Shown here piece after piece: positions 25,510 through 37,265 of a DNA stretch of 64,000 bases. A program made the translations under genes and the position numbers. Position 1 is the stretch's first letter. Every line of letters begins with the position of its first letter. The notes beneath the pieces are model-generated. The model did no database searches, was not told the origin of the DNA, and saw nothing but the letters and a program-made list of their open reading frames with translations. The stretch lies in assembly GCF_009834535.1 (NCBI RefSeq), contig NC_045696.1:93622001-93686000 (forward strand), given 5' to 3'. Source of the DNA: Camelus ferus (taxonomy: Eukaryota).

Positions 25510-25860
25510 AGGGGGCCGCTCGCAGTGGTCTTGCACCTCACATGTCAGGTCAGAGTCCCGCTGCGCCGGACGCCTAGGCTCAGTGGACAGCGAGCAGAAG
25601 CCCCGCGAGACACAATTCAAGATGGCGGCGGTGGCCGGGGGCGTGTGCAGAGACGCTGCACGGGGCCCTGCGTCTGGAGCCCAGGCAGCACGCCTGCGCC
25701 AGACCCGCGAGATCTGCGGCCCCTCCCCCCACCGCACTGTGAAGCAGCCTCGCCAGTGGCCTGTCGGGAGAGCGTGAGCTCTAGAGCCGAAGCTCGCACC
25801 TCTCCGGTCCTTAGTCAAAGAAGAAAGCTTTCCTTTGCTTCTGAACCGAGCGCAGTCTTA
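25510..25860. promoter_or_regulatory. CpG island / probable promoter of an unidentified gene or lncRNA
   Basis: The only GC- and CpG-rich segment in the window. Perfect YY1 CAAGATGGCGGC at 25618-25629, GC box GGGGCGTG, NRF1-like CGCCTGCGC, and two CCCGCGAGA (BANP/ZBTB33-like) motifs. Confidence 0.8.
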
Positions 25861-25966
25861 TTATATTGGCACAAGTGACTCCCAGCAGGAGGACCTTGTT
25901 GGAGCCCGACTTGAAAGGGTCAGGAACAATTCCAGCTTTAAGAATCACTGATTTACAGACAACCCA

Positions 25967-25975
25967 CAGGTAAGG
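25967..25975 (+). other. candidate first-exon splice donor CAG|GTAAGG
   Basis: Near-consensus donor (GT at 25970-25971) just 3' of the CpG island. Confidence 0.45.
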
Positions 25976-26129
25976 CAGCAAGTGATTTTCTACTGATTTA
26001 AATTGTTGGTGGCCTGTAGATTGGAAATTAATGCTTTATCATCCAAGGTGGTAGGATAACTCTGTGGAATAGCCTAAAGCAATGCCTGCTGAAGTGGGGG
26101 CCTGTTTCTGTTATACATGTCACCTGTGG

Positions 26130-26260
26130 TGCTGCTTCTGGATCAAGCTGATTACCTGGCTCAACTAGAGGCCTGATGAATCAGACTCTCTAGGGATAGT
26201 GTTCAGGAGTCTTTATCTCCATTAGTGGTTCTTACACACAGTAAAGTTGGAGAACTGTTG
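26130..26260. mobile_element. MER5-like hAT MITE, degraded
   Basis: 'ctgatgaatcagactctctaggg...tggttcttacacacagtaaagttggagaactgttg'. Confidence 0.55.
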
Positions 26261-26261
26261 G

Positions 26262-26520
26262 CCCAAACTCAAACGCTTATGGAGGTCAGGGAGTAACCCA
26301 AATGAGTGAATACTCTGAATACACATCATACTATAGGAAATGGGGAGGCAGTGGAACATATGATCCAACTAAAGAAGATGGACGCTGCTCAGTGCCTCCT
26401 TATGATTACCACATGGCAGTGTTGACCTGACGTTTCCAGTTCGTTTAATTTTTTTTAAGGGAAGATGAACATCAGATCTTCATGTAAAATCTCCTGGTTG
26501 GCAACTAGTTTTAAAATATT
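26262..26520. mobile_element. MER45-like hAT-Tip100 fragment
   Basis: 'aactcaaacgcttatggaggtcagggagtaacccaaatgagtgaa' and 'atgtaaaatctcctggttggcaactagttt' resemble MER45 as recalled. Confidence 0.5.
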
Positions 26521-26521
26521 T

Positions 26522-27818
26522 AAAGATACCACCACATGGTCCAGCAATTCCACTTCTGGGAATATATCTGAAGGAGATAAAAATCACTATGTTGAGAAGA
26601 TACCTGCACCTCCATGTTCACTGCCACATTCTTCACAGTTGTCGAGATGTGGAAACAACCTAACTGTCCTTTAATGGATGAATACATAAAAAAAGTGTGT
26701 GTGTTTGTGTGTGTGTATGTATGTATGTATACAGTAGTCCCCTTTATCTCCAGGGGATACGTTCCAAGACCCTCAGAGATGCCTGAAACTGCCGATAGTA
26801 CTAAACCCTGTATATACTGTTTATTCCTATATATACACATCCATGTGATAAAGTTTAATTTATAAATTAGGTACAGTAAGAGATTAACAACAATAACTAA
26901 TAATAAAATGGAAGTTATAATAATGTACTATAATAAAAGTTGTGTGAATGTGGTTTCTCTCTTCCTCTCTCTCAAATATCTTATTGTACAAATTTAATGC
27001 CTTATACATCTTAACTAAGCATTTATCACTCAGTGTGGCTGTAACTTTTGCAGTTTGAGGTAGGACAGCAAAACTAGCACAAATTTCTTTTTCATAATTT
27101 CACCAACAGAATATTTGTTCTTACCACAGATCTTAGCACCCTCAGTATGCAGTTCTTTTCTTTCCTTATTAAATCAAGAACTTCCACATTCTCACTTAAA
27201 GGAAACACTTTGCAGCTTCTCTTTGGCATATCTGAATTGCCAGCATCACTACTCTTGCACATTGGGGCCATTATTAAGTAATATAAGGGTTACTTGAACA
27301 CAGTTAATGCAGTCTCACGTAGGTGGGTCTGATAACTGAGATAGCTAGGAAATCTTGCCATTTGCAACAACATAGATGAAGCTTGAGGGCATTATGCCAA
27401 GTGAAATAAGTTTTACAGATAAAGACATACTGTGTGATCTCACCTGTATATGGACTCTATGAAAAATGAACTCATGGAATCAGAGAGTAAATTGGGAGTT
27501 GCCATGAGCTGAGAGGTAGGGAAAATGGGGAGATGTCATTCAAAGGGTACAAACATCTAGTTATAAATGAATAAATTCTGTGTATCTAATGTACAGCATG
27601 GTGGCTGTAGTTAACCATATTATATTCTTTACTTGAAAGTTGTAAAGAGTAAATCTTTAATGTTCTCACCACAAAAAAAAAAAAATTGTAACTATGTGAG
27701 ATGACGAATGTGTTAACTAACCTTATTGTGGTCATGAGTTCACAATATCTCAAATCATCACTTTATATACCTTATACATACACAGTGTTATATGCCAACT
27801 TTATCCCAACAAAGCTGA
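26522..27818 (+). mobile_element. L1MA-type 3' end interrupted by MER44
   Basis: 'ccagcaattccacttctgggaatata' to 'atggatgaatacataaaaaaagtgtg', resuming at 27348 'ggaaatcttgccatttgcaacaacatagatg'. Ends 'tatatgccaactttatcccaacaaagctg'. Confidence 0.85.
26732..27347 (+). mobile_element. MER44/Tigger7-family TcMar element, right end missing
   Basis: Starts after TA with 'cagtagtcccctttatc...gggatacgttccaagaccc...gatgcctgaaact...gatagtactaaaccc'. Internal 'taagagattaacaacaataactaataataaaat'. Confidence 0.85.
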
Positions 27819-27824
27819 AATAAT

Positions 27825-28005
27825 ATGCAAAGCCTTTTCAACAAACGGTTCTGAAACAACTGGACATCCACATTCAAAAATATGAATCTAGATAGGAAGG
27901 ACTTTACACCTTTCACAAAAATTAATTGTTCAAAATGAATTAAGTCAAAATGGATCACAGACCTAATATGAAACCCAAAACTATATAGCTCCTCCAAGAT
28001 AACAG
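27825..28005 (+). mobile_element. L1 ORF2 fragment
   Basis: 'cttttcaacaaacggttctgaaacaactggacatccaca...caaaatggatcacagacctaa...aaaactata'. Confidence 0.8.
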
Positions 28006-28369
28006 GGCTGTTAAGAAGCAGGGGTACTCAGCGTCTTCTGGAGTTACGGGTGCTTTGAGTGCTCGCATGCAGACCCTCTGTGAGACCAGAGTGGAGTGGA
28101 GGACTTCGCTGGCCAAGAATGCCTCCTCAGAGAAGCTGTAGCCATTGTCTGGGGCTCTTTGCCTTGAGTTGTGGTAGGAGCAGGGACAGCCACCAGGCGG
28201 TACCTGGGTCAAGTCCTTTTCAGAGTGAATCTCCAACTATCCTTGACATCACTACGGGATGAGATAGGTAATGAGAATCCCAAACCACCAGTTTCTGAGT
28301 CACAGATCCAGAAGGCAAACAAACAAAATATGCAAGAAAATGATGAATACAAAATGCAAACCAAACCTA

Positions 28370-28490
28370 CCATTTTATAGATGAACAAATGGAGTCTCAG
28401 AGATGTTATCTATCTGCCTAGTGTTCAGTACTAGAGTCAGCATTCATACCCAGGCAGCCTGACTCCTGAGCCTATTGTCTTAACCTCTGT
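28370..28490 (-). mobile_element. MIR fragment
   Basis: 'cattttatagatgaacaaatggagtctcagagatgtta...cccaggcagcctgactcctgagcc'. Confidence 0.75.
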
Positions 28491-28569
28491 AGCACACAGA
28501 CGCCCCAGTGAAACAATGACCAGATCTACACCAGAAAGCCTAACAATTTGATTAACAATTGTTTTTCAC

Positions 28570-30155
28570 AGAAGCAACTACTTTATTTTGGTATTAAGCT
28601 AAACGTTGTATATGCTGCATTGCACAAATCTTTCTATGAGTTTTGATGACACTTTGACTTAGGCATCCATTGTTTTGATTTCTATCACCATTGACCAGTT
28701 TTGCCTGTTCTTTATGTGAATGGAGCCAAACAGTTTGTAGTCCTTTGTGTCTGGCTTCTTTAACTCAATATTTTTAAGTTTTATCCATGTTGTAGCATGT
28801 ATCAAATTCATTCTTTTTGAGTAGTGCTCCATTTTATGAATACACCACAATTTGTTTATCCCTTTTCTTCTTGATGGACATTTAGGTTGTTTCCAGTTCT
28901 TGGCTATTATAAAGCTATGAACATTTTTCACATGTTCTTTTTTTTTTTTTTTTTTGAACATATATTTCCATCTCTTTTGAGTAAATACCTGGGAATAGAA
29001 TCTCTGGGTCATAGAGTAGAAAGTGCCAAGAAGTTCTCCAGAGAGATAATTACAATTTTACACGCCCAATCACATTGTTTCAATTCTTTCTCATCTTCAT
29101 CAACTGCTTTTAGTAGGGCAAAATGACAATCTCATTGTAGCTTAATTTGCATTTCCCTTATGAATAATAATACTGAGCAGTTTTTCCTGTGCTTATTAGC
29201 TTTTCCTATATCTTCTTTGGTGAAGTTTCTGTTCAGATCTTTTTGCCTGCTTTAAATGGGTTGATTGTCTTCTTAATATTGATTTGTAGAATTTCTTTAT
29301 ATTTACTGAATGCAAATCCTTTTCCTGATATATGTGTTGCAATTATTATTACTCAACCTGTGGCTTACCTTTCATTTTTTTATGGTGTCTTTTAAAGAGC
29401 AGAGTTTTAAAAATTTCGTTAAGTTCAATTTATCCATTTTCTTCCAAAATATTTATAGCTTTAACTTATGTTTAAGTCTATGATCTATCTCAAAACAATG
29501 TTTGTAAGTAACATAAGGTAGGGATCAAGGTTATCTTTTGTACATTTATCCAGTTGTTCCAGAACCAATTGTTGAAAAAAATTTCCTTTCTCCACTAAAA
29601 TTCTTAATGCCTTTGTTAAAAAATATATTGACCGTAAAATGTGAGTTTCTGAATTCTACTGTTTCACTGATTTATTTTTCTACCCTTATATTAATACCAC
29701 ACTGTCTTAATTACTATAGCTGTACAGTAAGTCTTGAAATAAGTAGTGTAAGTCCTCCAACCTTGTTCTTTTCCAAGATTGCTTTGTTTATTCTAGGTTT
29801 TTTTTATTTCAAAATAAATTTTAGAATCACCTTGTTGGTATCCACCTCCCCCCCCCAAAAAAGGCCCATTGCTATTTTAAATGGGGTTGCACTGAATCTC
29901 AATATCAATTTGGGACAGTTTACATCTTAAAAATATTGGATGATCCTATCCATAAAAATGGTATAATGTGCCATTTATTGAAGTTTCCTGAAATTTCTCT
30001 TAGAAATATTTTTAGTTTACTGTGTAGAAGTTGTGCACACTTTTATTAAACTTATTCATAAGTATAAAATGGTTTTGATGCTATTAGAAAGCATACTATT
30101 TTAAAGTTTCATTTCCCAAATGTCTATTGCTAATGTATGGAAACACTGATATTTC
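28570..30155 (-). mobile_element. old L1M ORF2 3' part and 3'UTR, antisense
   Basis: ORF 28659-29012 has 'FIIAKNWKQPKCPS'. Also 'tttgcatttccctta', 'ccagttgttccagaaccaattgttgaaaa', 'cactgtcttaattactatagct'. Confidence 0.9.
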
Positions 30156-30999
30156 TACTGTCCCAGATTTACCACATGAAAAAAATTATTAAAAAAGTAA
30201 AAAGCAAGCCAATAAATTTAACTACGAGAAGTATAAACCAAGCACAGTTTACTTACACATAAAATTGATTTTTCTGAATTTATTTCCCAGCAGTAACTTT
30301 GTAAATTGATTGGCTCTTCATCATGATAAAACTATTAAGAGGAATATGACAGGTGGCACTAGAAATAAAAACTCAAAGAATTTAATTAAATGCCCTGGGT
30401 TTTCTACCATAGGTTTACCAACCAAGTTTTAATCTAGTAAATTTTAACTTAATCTATTCTTTTAATCTAATTAGTTACTCCATGCTCAAATTCATGTTAA
30501 AGATTAAAAAAATTTAAGCTAGCCTATAAAATATGTTTTAAGACATAAGAACTGATCAAAATATCCAATGTCTATGATATAAAATTTATATATCTCCGCC
30601 CCAACAGCTTTCTAATCCTGTAACTACCTTCTCTTCCTTCTGAAAACTCTAAAGTCATTATTCCCATACTTTTTCCTTTTATTCCTAATATCCTTATTAT
30701 TTATAACCTCTCCTTTATACCCTTATTTTCTTACTTCTATTTTAGAGGTAATTGACTTTGCTTTTCTTCAATGAATCTTAATGAAAGGGGCTTCCTCCAG
30801 CCCCCACCATCTTTTTCTCTTGGCTAAACTCCTCGAGTGTCTTTATTAGGCACTCCCTACACAAACTTCTCCTATCAGCCTATGCCTGGAACATAGAAGA
30901 GGTTTGGAGAAAATTTTTAGCTTAATGAATGAGTAAACAAATGAACATATAAATGAAATAAACCTGGATTCTATTTTCAACTTTCCCTAAATTCCCTAA

Positions 31000-32083
31000 T
31001 TAACATCCCCATAATTAAATTCAATAGTTGTTTTTCAGTGCTAACCCCTGTTGAACATTTTTGCTACATTTGGTACCACTGACATCTCTCTACTTGATAT
31101 CTTCATCTTATGTTTACTTTAATCTTCATGTTATGTTTCCATACTATTGTCCTGTTCCTTACCTTTCTCCCACTCCCTTATATTGATTGACCTCTTAGCT
31201 CTTTTCCTTTACACTTAGTTCTCAAGAGTTCATCCAGTTTCCTGTTTAAATTAATTTTATGGATCAGACCTTCTACTATCTCACAGAGTGTTTGTATTAA
31301 TGCAAAAAGGCAGACTTTCTGGGCAGGCACAGCTCTGTAGATGCACAGGTTGTGACTATAAGCTACTTTTGTGCAAATTTGAAAGATCTGCACCTTCATG
31401 GACTCAGCCAGGGGCACAAACTATATACAGAAGTCCTGTGAGTGGTTCCCAATCCTACATTTCTAGCCAGGATACCAGGCCTGGATTACCAGTGAAGGGT
31501 TCCTATGAATCTTGTGCGGTTATATGGGATTTGACATATCAAAAATTCAAAATTAGTTCCTTCCATCCAAATGGCCTGTTCTTTCTAATTCCAAGATTAC
31601 AACAGTTTATCAGTGACCAAGCCAGTCTGACACATTCTTAACTTTCTAACTTGCAGTTTCCTTTTCTTTCAGAGATCACCACACTAAGACAAGACCCCAT
31701 AGTCTGTATAAGTCTGGTGATTTCACCATTCCAGTGGTCTCTTGTTAGAGATGTTTACCTTTTCAGTTTTTCTACTTGACGGCTTTTCATTGCTCTCAAA
31801 ATAAAGCAGACTGAAAGTCTGCAAAGCTTTGCATGCTTGCATGACCTGGCACTCACCTCCCTTCCCTAGCCTTCATTGCAGAATCTGTGTCCCTGATATC
31901 TCACAAACCTGCATTACAGCTTGACAGTTCAACATCACTACAATTAAACAAACATTTGTAAAATTACATTTTATATTCACCTAAAAGTGTAAAGATTGTG
32001 TCATCTCATTCAATCTTTATGCCCAGAACCTAGTACAGCACCTAGCATACAGTAGGCAATATGTATTTGTGAAAGAATAAATG
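31000..32083 (+). mobile_element. L2 fragments ending at the L2 3' terminus
   Basis: Ends 'cccagaacctagtacagcacctagcatacagtaggcaatatgtatttgtgaaagaataaatg'. Pyrimidine-rich L2-like body. Confidence 0.65.
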
Positions 32084-32609
32084 TAAGTATCATAATAGTA
32101 TCATTTAAAAAATTGAAACGGTATGGTTAAACATAGCCTGTATTTAGAAAGCCAAGAATTAATAGAGTGCAAACTCTGCCATGTAAATAGAAGATGAAGT
32201 AACCATTAATCATTACCACAATTTTCTGAGGTCTTAATTACTTCTAGAATACCATCAATCATTGCTACTGGTACAGAACTCGTATTTCAGTATCCCACAA
32301 AGGAAACAGTCCCTAGCAGTCACCATTGACATTAACATTTAACTAGTCCTTCTTACTTTATTAATGAGAGCTCGCACTAACACAAACAGCTGGAAGAAGG
32401 AAAGAGATATTTAAAAGTGAAACATAATTTTTATTCATCTGTTTAGTATTTTAAAGGGAGAAATGGGAGAAAAGCAAATAGAGATACACATGAACAAAAT
32501 ATACAATAGTTTAACAGTGCATACAATGGGAAAGGAAATGGGTGTTGATTTATTTATTGCTCCTTAAGTGTGTGAAAGAGGAATGCCAGATTATATGTAT
32601 ATAACTAAT

Positions 32610-34102
32610 AACTTCTTTATCCAGTCATCTGTTGATGGACATTTAGGTTGTTTCCATGTCTTGGCTATTGTAAATAGCACTGCCACAAGCATTGGGGTGC
32701 GTGGATCTTTTCATATTTGAGTTCCTGCCAGGAGTGGGATTGCTGGACTAAATGATAAGTCTGTTTTTAGTTTTTTGAGGACTCTCCATACTGTTCTCCA
32801 TAATGGCTGCACCAAACTACATTGAGGATTCCATTTTCTCCACACCCTGTCCAGCATTTATCATTTGTGGATTTTTGAATGATGGCCATTCTATTGGTGT
32901 GAGGTGATACTTCGTGGTTTTTGATTTGCATTTCTCTGATAAGTAGTGATATTGAACACTTTTTCATTTGCCTATTGGTCATTTGTATACCTTCATTGGA
33001 GAATTGCTTGTTTAGGTCTTCTGCCCATTTTTAGATTGGGCTGTTTTTTGTTATTGATTGTTATTGAGTTATATGAGCTGTTTATATATTCTGGAAATGA
33101 AGCCCTTGTCAGTTGCATCATTTGCAAATATTTTCTCCCATTCCATAGGTTGTCATTTTGTTTTGCTTATGGTTTCCTTTGCTGTGCAGAAGCTTATAAG
33201 TTTAATTAGGTCCCATTTGTTTATTGTTGCTTTTATTTCTATTGCCTGAGTAGACTGCCTTAAGAGAACATTGCTGAGATTTATGTCAGAAAATGTTTTG
33301 CCCATGTTTTCTTTTAGGAAGTTTATAGTATCTTGTCTTATGTTTAAGTCTTTAAGGCATTTTGAGATTATTTTTGTGTATGGTGTGAGAGTGTTCTAAC
33401 TTCATTGCTTTACATGCAGCTGTCCAGTTTTCCCAACACCACTTGCTGAAGAGACTGTCTTTTTTCCATTGTATATTCTTGCCTCTTTTGTTGAAGATTA
33501 ATTGGGTTTATTTCTAGGCTCTCTATTCTGTTCCATTGACCCATATGTCTGTTTTTATGCCAGTACCACACTGTTTTGATTACTGTAGTTCTATAATATT
33601 GTCTCAAGTCTGAGAGAGTTATTTCTCCAGCTTCATTCTTTGTCTTCGGTATTGCTTTGGCAACTCTGGGTCATTTGTAATTCCATATAAATTTTAGGAT
33701 TGTTATAGTTCTATGAAAAATGTCCTGGGTAACTTGATAGGGATCACATTTAATCTGTAGATTGCTTAGGATAGTATGGCCATTTTAACAACATAAATTT
33801 TTCCAATCCAAGAGCATGAGGTATCTTTCCATTTCTTTAAGTCATCTTTAATTTCCTTAATCAATGTTTTGTATTTCTCCATGTAGAAGTCTTTCACTTC
33901 TTTGGTCAGATTTATTCCTAAATATTTTATTTTTTTGGATATGATTTTAAAAGAGATTGTTTCTTTACTTTCCTTTTCAGATATTTCATTGTTAGTGTAA
34001 AGAAATGCAACTAATTTCTGTATACTGCGACCTTGCCAAATTCTTTTATCAGCTCTAGTGGTTTTTTGGGGGGGGGCCTTTTAGGTTTTCTATGTAGAGA
34101 GC
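32610..34102 (-). mobile_element. younger L1 ORF2 fragment, antisense, lacking most of the 3'UTR and the poly-A
   Basis: ORFs with 'LLIREMQIK' and '[18 protein letters not shown]...QWNRIES'. Very similar to 19350-20105. Confidence 0.95.
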
Positions 34103-34134
34103 ATTTTATATACAACTTCACTACTTACTGAATA

Positions 34135-34270
34135 ACCTTTTAACAATGTATCTGTGCCTCAGTTTGCTCATTTGTAAATGTGAGTTATACTTATCTGGTT
34201 ATATATAATGAGATGCTGTATCTAAGATATTCAGTCACAGTGCTTAGTACCTAACAATGAATCAATAACT
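34135..34270 (+). mobile_element. MIR fragment
   Basis: 'tctgtgcctcagtttgctcatttgtaaatg...cacagtgcttagtacctaacaa'. Confidence 0.75.
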
Positions 34271-36892
34271 GCAAACTGATTATTATTAACATATAACACT
34301 TATGGATAGAGATTTGATAAATTTCCTTGGCATTAAACTCCAGTGTCAGTCACCAATTTTATCAGTTATTGCTCCAGTTAAAACTCAGTTTTTAACTGCA
34401 ATTTAAACTCATCAGAACCATTTATAAGGTCATTATTTAGTTCCACTGTACTGGATTAGTTCCAGTCATTGACCCTTTTTTAAGATCTTCACTCAGTGGG
34501 CTGTCCAATTACCTGGAATTTAACCCTAGCCCACAAATTGCACCTTGGTTTTATGGGTGCCATTTTAAGCCCTCCACTTCTGCAACCCCCTATTTGCTAC
34601 TCATCACTCAAATATGGATGGCCAGCTGATACATGTCATAAGGACAACAAATATTTTTTCTCTTACATTGCTTTTGCATGAAATGCAATTGATCCACCTT
34701 CCATGTCATGGTGGGATATAAATTCTAGGTTGAACATCCTTTATCACAGTCTTTCCATATATGCATCTTTGCCATTTTTCCCAACAACATGGATTAACTA
34801 GCCACTATCTAATAGAATTAAGGAAATTTTCTCTGTTAAGAGACCTTAGAAGCACATTCTAGTACAACTACAGCCAAGTGCCAAGGAGAATATCCAAGAA
34901 GAAATTATATCTGCCTTTCCTCCTGACAAGTATCTGTTGCCCATCTGTGCCAGATATGGGAGGCCCATTACCTCAAGCCTATTGAGATGACCTACCAACT
35001 CCAACTGGCTCCTTCCATGACAATTACTCATCTGGTTCCACTCCACAGCATATGTCATTCCAGAATGAAGAAAATGAGAAGATTCCAACATTGAAGAGGC
35101 ATGTGGCAATAGCAAGACCTTTGGAAATACCAAGGACTTCTCTAGGACATAGTTCACTGGGAATATTACTGGACAGCAGTTCCTCAAAACTCACTTCCTG
35201 CCTCAGCAGGCACTGAAACCCATCAGGTTTTCTGGAGGTAAACCTGAGATGGAGGCTCAGGGGGAAATAGAAATCCCTCCTGTCTAGAACCCTTTAAACA
35301 GAAAAGGCCTGCCTAGAGAATATGGCAGCAACAACACCTGAATGTGTAAGTGAATTGTTACCAGTGTTTGACCAGACTCTTGTTTGCTCTTTTATTGTCT
35401 GACTCACCAACTCTGATCCTCCTTGAATTCTGATTTTGGCTCCTGATAGTCATCTTAGAAGCCTTACACTGGGAATCCATTTTAGACACATCCTCTAGCC
35501 AGATCTTCAGCAATATTTCACAGTTCTGACTTAGTTTTTCTCCCAAGGTTTAAATACTGAGGGTGGTAAGAATTGTTCCTACTTTCTTCCCAGGTTCTGC
35601 AGGCCCTGGTGAGACCAGGAAATGCTCCAGGGCACAGGAATCAAACAGACCCCATTTTTAGCCTTACCTTCTATGTATAGGAATGAAGCTTTACTCTTGC
35701 AGACACACTAGTGTAAACAATTACATAAAACTCATTGTGTATGACATTGATATAAGAATTAAACCAAAACAGTTAAGGGAATAAGTCACACATTTTTCTA
35801 CTTTCTTATATTAATCTTTGAAAGAGACTTATGGCAATTATTATTACCACTTAAACAATTCTCTTCAACTTAAATAGAGATAAATTCTTTTATAACTTTA
35901 ATTTAAAAACCTTTTAAAATGTTTTCCTCTGAACTTCCAAATCTCTTTATAGCCCTCTTTTTAATTTTTATAAAAATATGCATATAATTTAGAATCAAAT
36001 ATTTTTACAAGGCTTGTGTGGGAAAAACCGTCTCTCTCCCACGCCATTTCTTGCCCTACATCAGCAGCTATTTACAACTCTCTTTGATGACTCCTAATGC
36101 TAAATATCAAGCATACTCTGTTTTTCAATTTTAGGCATTTTTCCATTAATTTATAAATAATCAACAATTGTACAATTGTAAATGAAGGTTTTATCTAACA
36201 TAGTAATTAAAACATGGATTATCTGTTTGAAACTTTTCACAATTGCTTCCATTGTACAATTGAGTGATATGTTATAACTTCATTTTCTTTCCTGTTGGTT
36301 ATTTACTTCCAACTTAAAGGAGAGGTGAACCTTTGTAAAGTAGACATTAAAATATAACCTTGATTTGGGAAGTCAGGCAGCAAGATGACATCGTCTCACA
36401 GAAGGATTTTCAACTCTGGAATGAGAATTCTTTTGGGATTCTTGACAGATGGACTCTTGCCTCAAGAACAGGGTTCCACAGAGCTGGAAGATTTACTAAT
36501 GTGTCCTTAACAACTGACACCCAGCATGCCAGCTGGCTGGGAAATGTGACTCTTGATGTCTTGCTGAAAAGCAAAAATTACCAAAAAGATAACCTGTTGT
36601 CAAGCAATACTTTTAATATGATCCAAATCAAAATGCTTATGAAATTTAAGGATATCTGTTTCAGCAGGAACACTGTAGAAGGTGATGAGTCATCATAAAT
36701 ATGGCATTTCCTCCTCATTCAGAACAGAAAGAAAGCCTTCCTAACACTGCCAGGCAGCTGCCCTGCCTTGACATCCAGAACGTGGATGGCCCACAGGGAG
36801 AAGAGATGAGTGATGATGCAGATGACAAGCACTGACATCACCACAAGTCTTGTCAAAGGTCAGAAAAGCCAGCCAACAAGCTGTGGCTTCAA

Positions 36893-36911
36893 CAGCCATC
36901 AGATGGCAGGT
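36893..36911 (+). promoter_or_regulatory. candidate CTCF site
   Basis: CAGCCATCAGATGGCAG fits the CCA(C/T)YAGRKGGCR core. Motif only, no functional evidence. Confidence 0.35.
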
Positions 36912-37211
36912 TTCAAGTCCAGTCATTTTAATGCGGGGGATAATTTACTTCTCAAATTTTTAAGAAATAGTTATAACTCCTGCCACACTATTGGTATCTA
37001 GAATTATTTTTCAATTTGTTAACTAAAAATTAAAATTCACAATGCTGTATGTGATAACAGTAGCAGCATTAAACAAGGACTGTGGAAACACTTTCCCCCA
37101 GAGTAAATATATGAGTCATTTTAAGCCTCTATACCTTTACACATTCAGTGTTATCTACATAGCGTCTCCCTCCTCTCCCTACACCTCCTTACCTTATTAT
37201 TAGCCAGTAAA

Positions 37212-37265
37212 GTACCTACCACTGAAGACCCAGGCTTCGTACCTACCACTGAAGACCCAGGCTTC
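37212..37265. repeat. perfect 27-bp tandem duplication
   Basis: GTACCTACCACTGAAGACCCAGGCTTC occurs at 37212-37238 and 37239-37265. Confidence 0.97.

Noticed and set aside
25429..25878. Four overlapping ORFs of 60-138 aa on both strands
   Set aside because: Expected from stop-codon depletion in a GC-rich island. No recognisable domain.
36360..36698. 112-aa ORF
   Set aside because: Non-ATG start, no known motif and no supporting exon structure.
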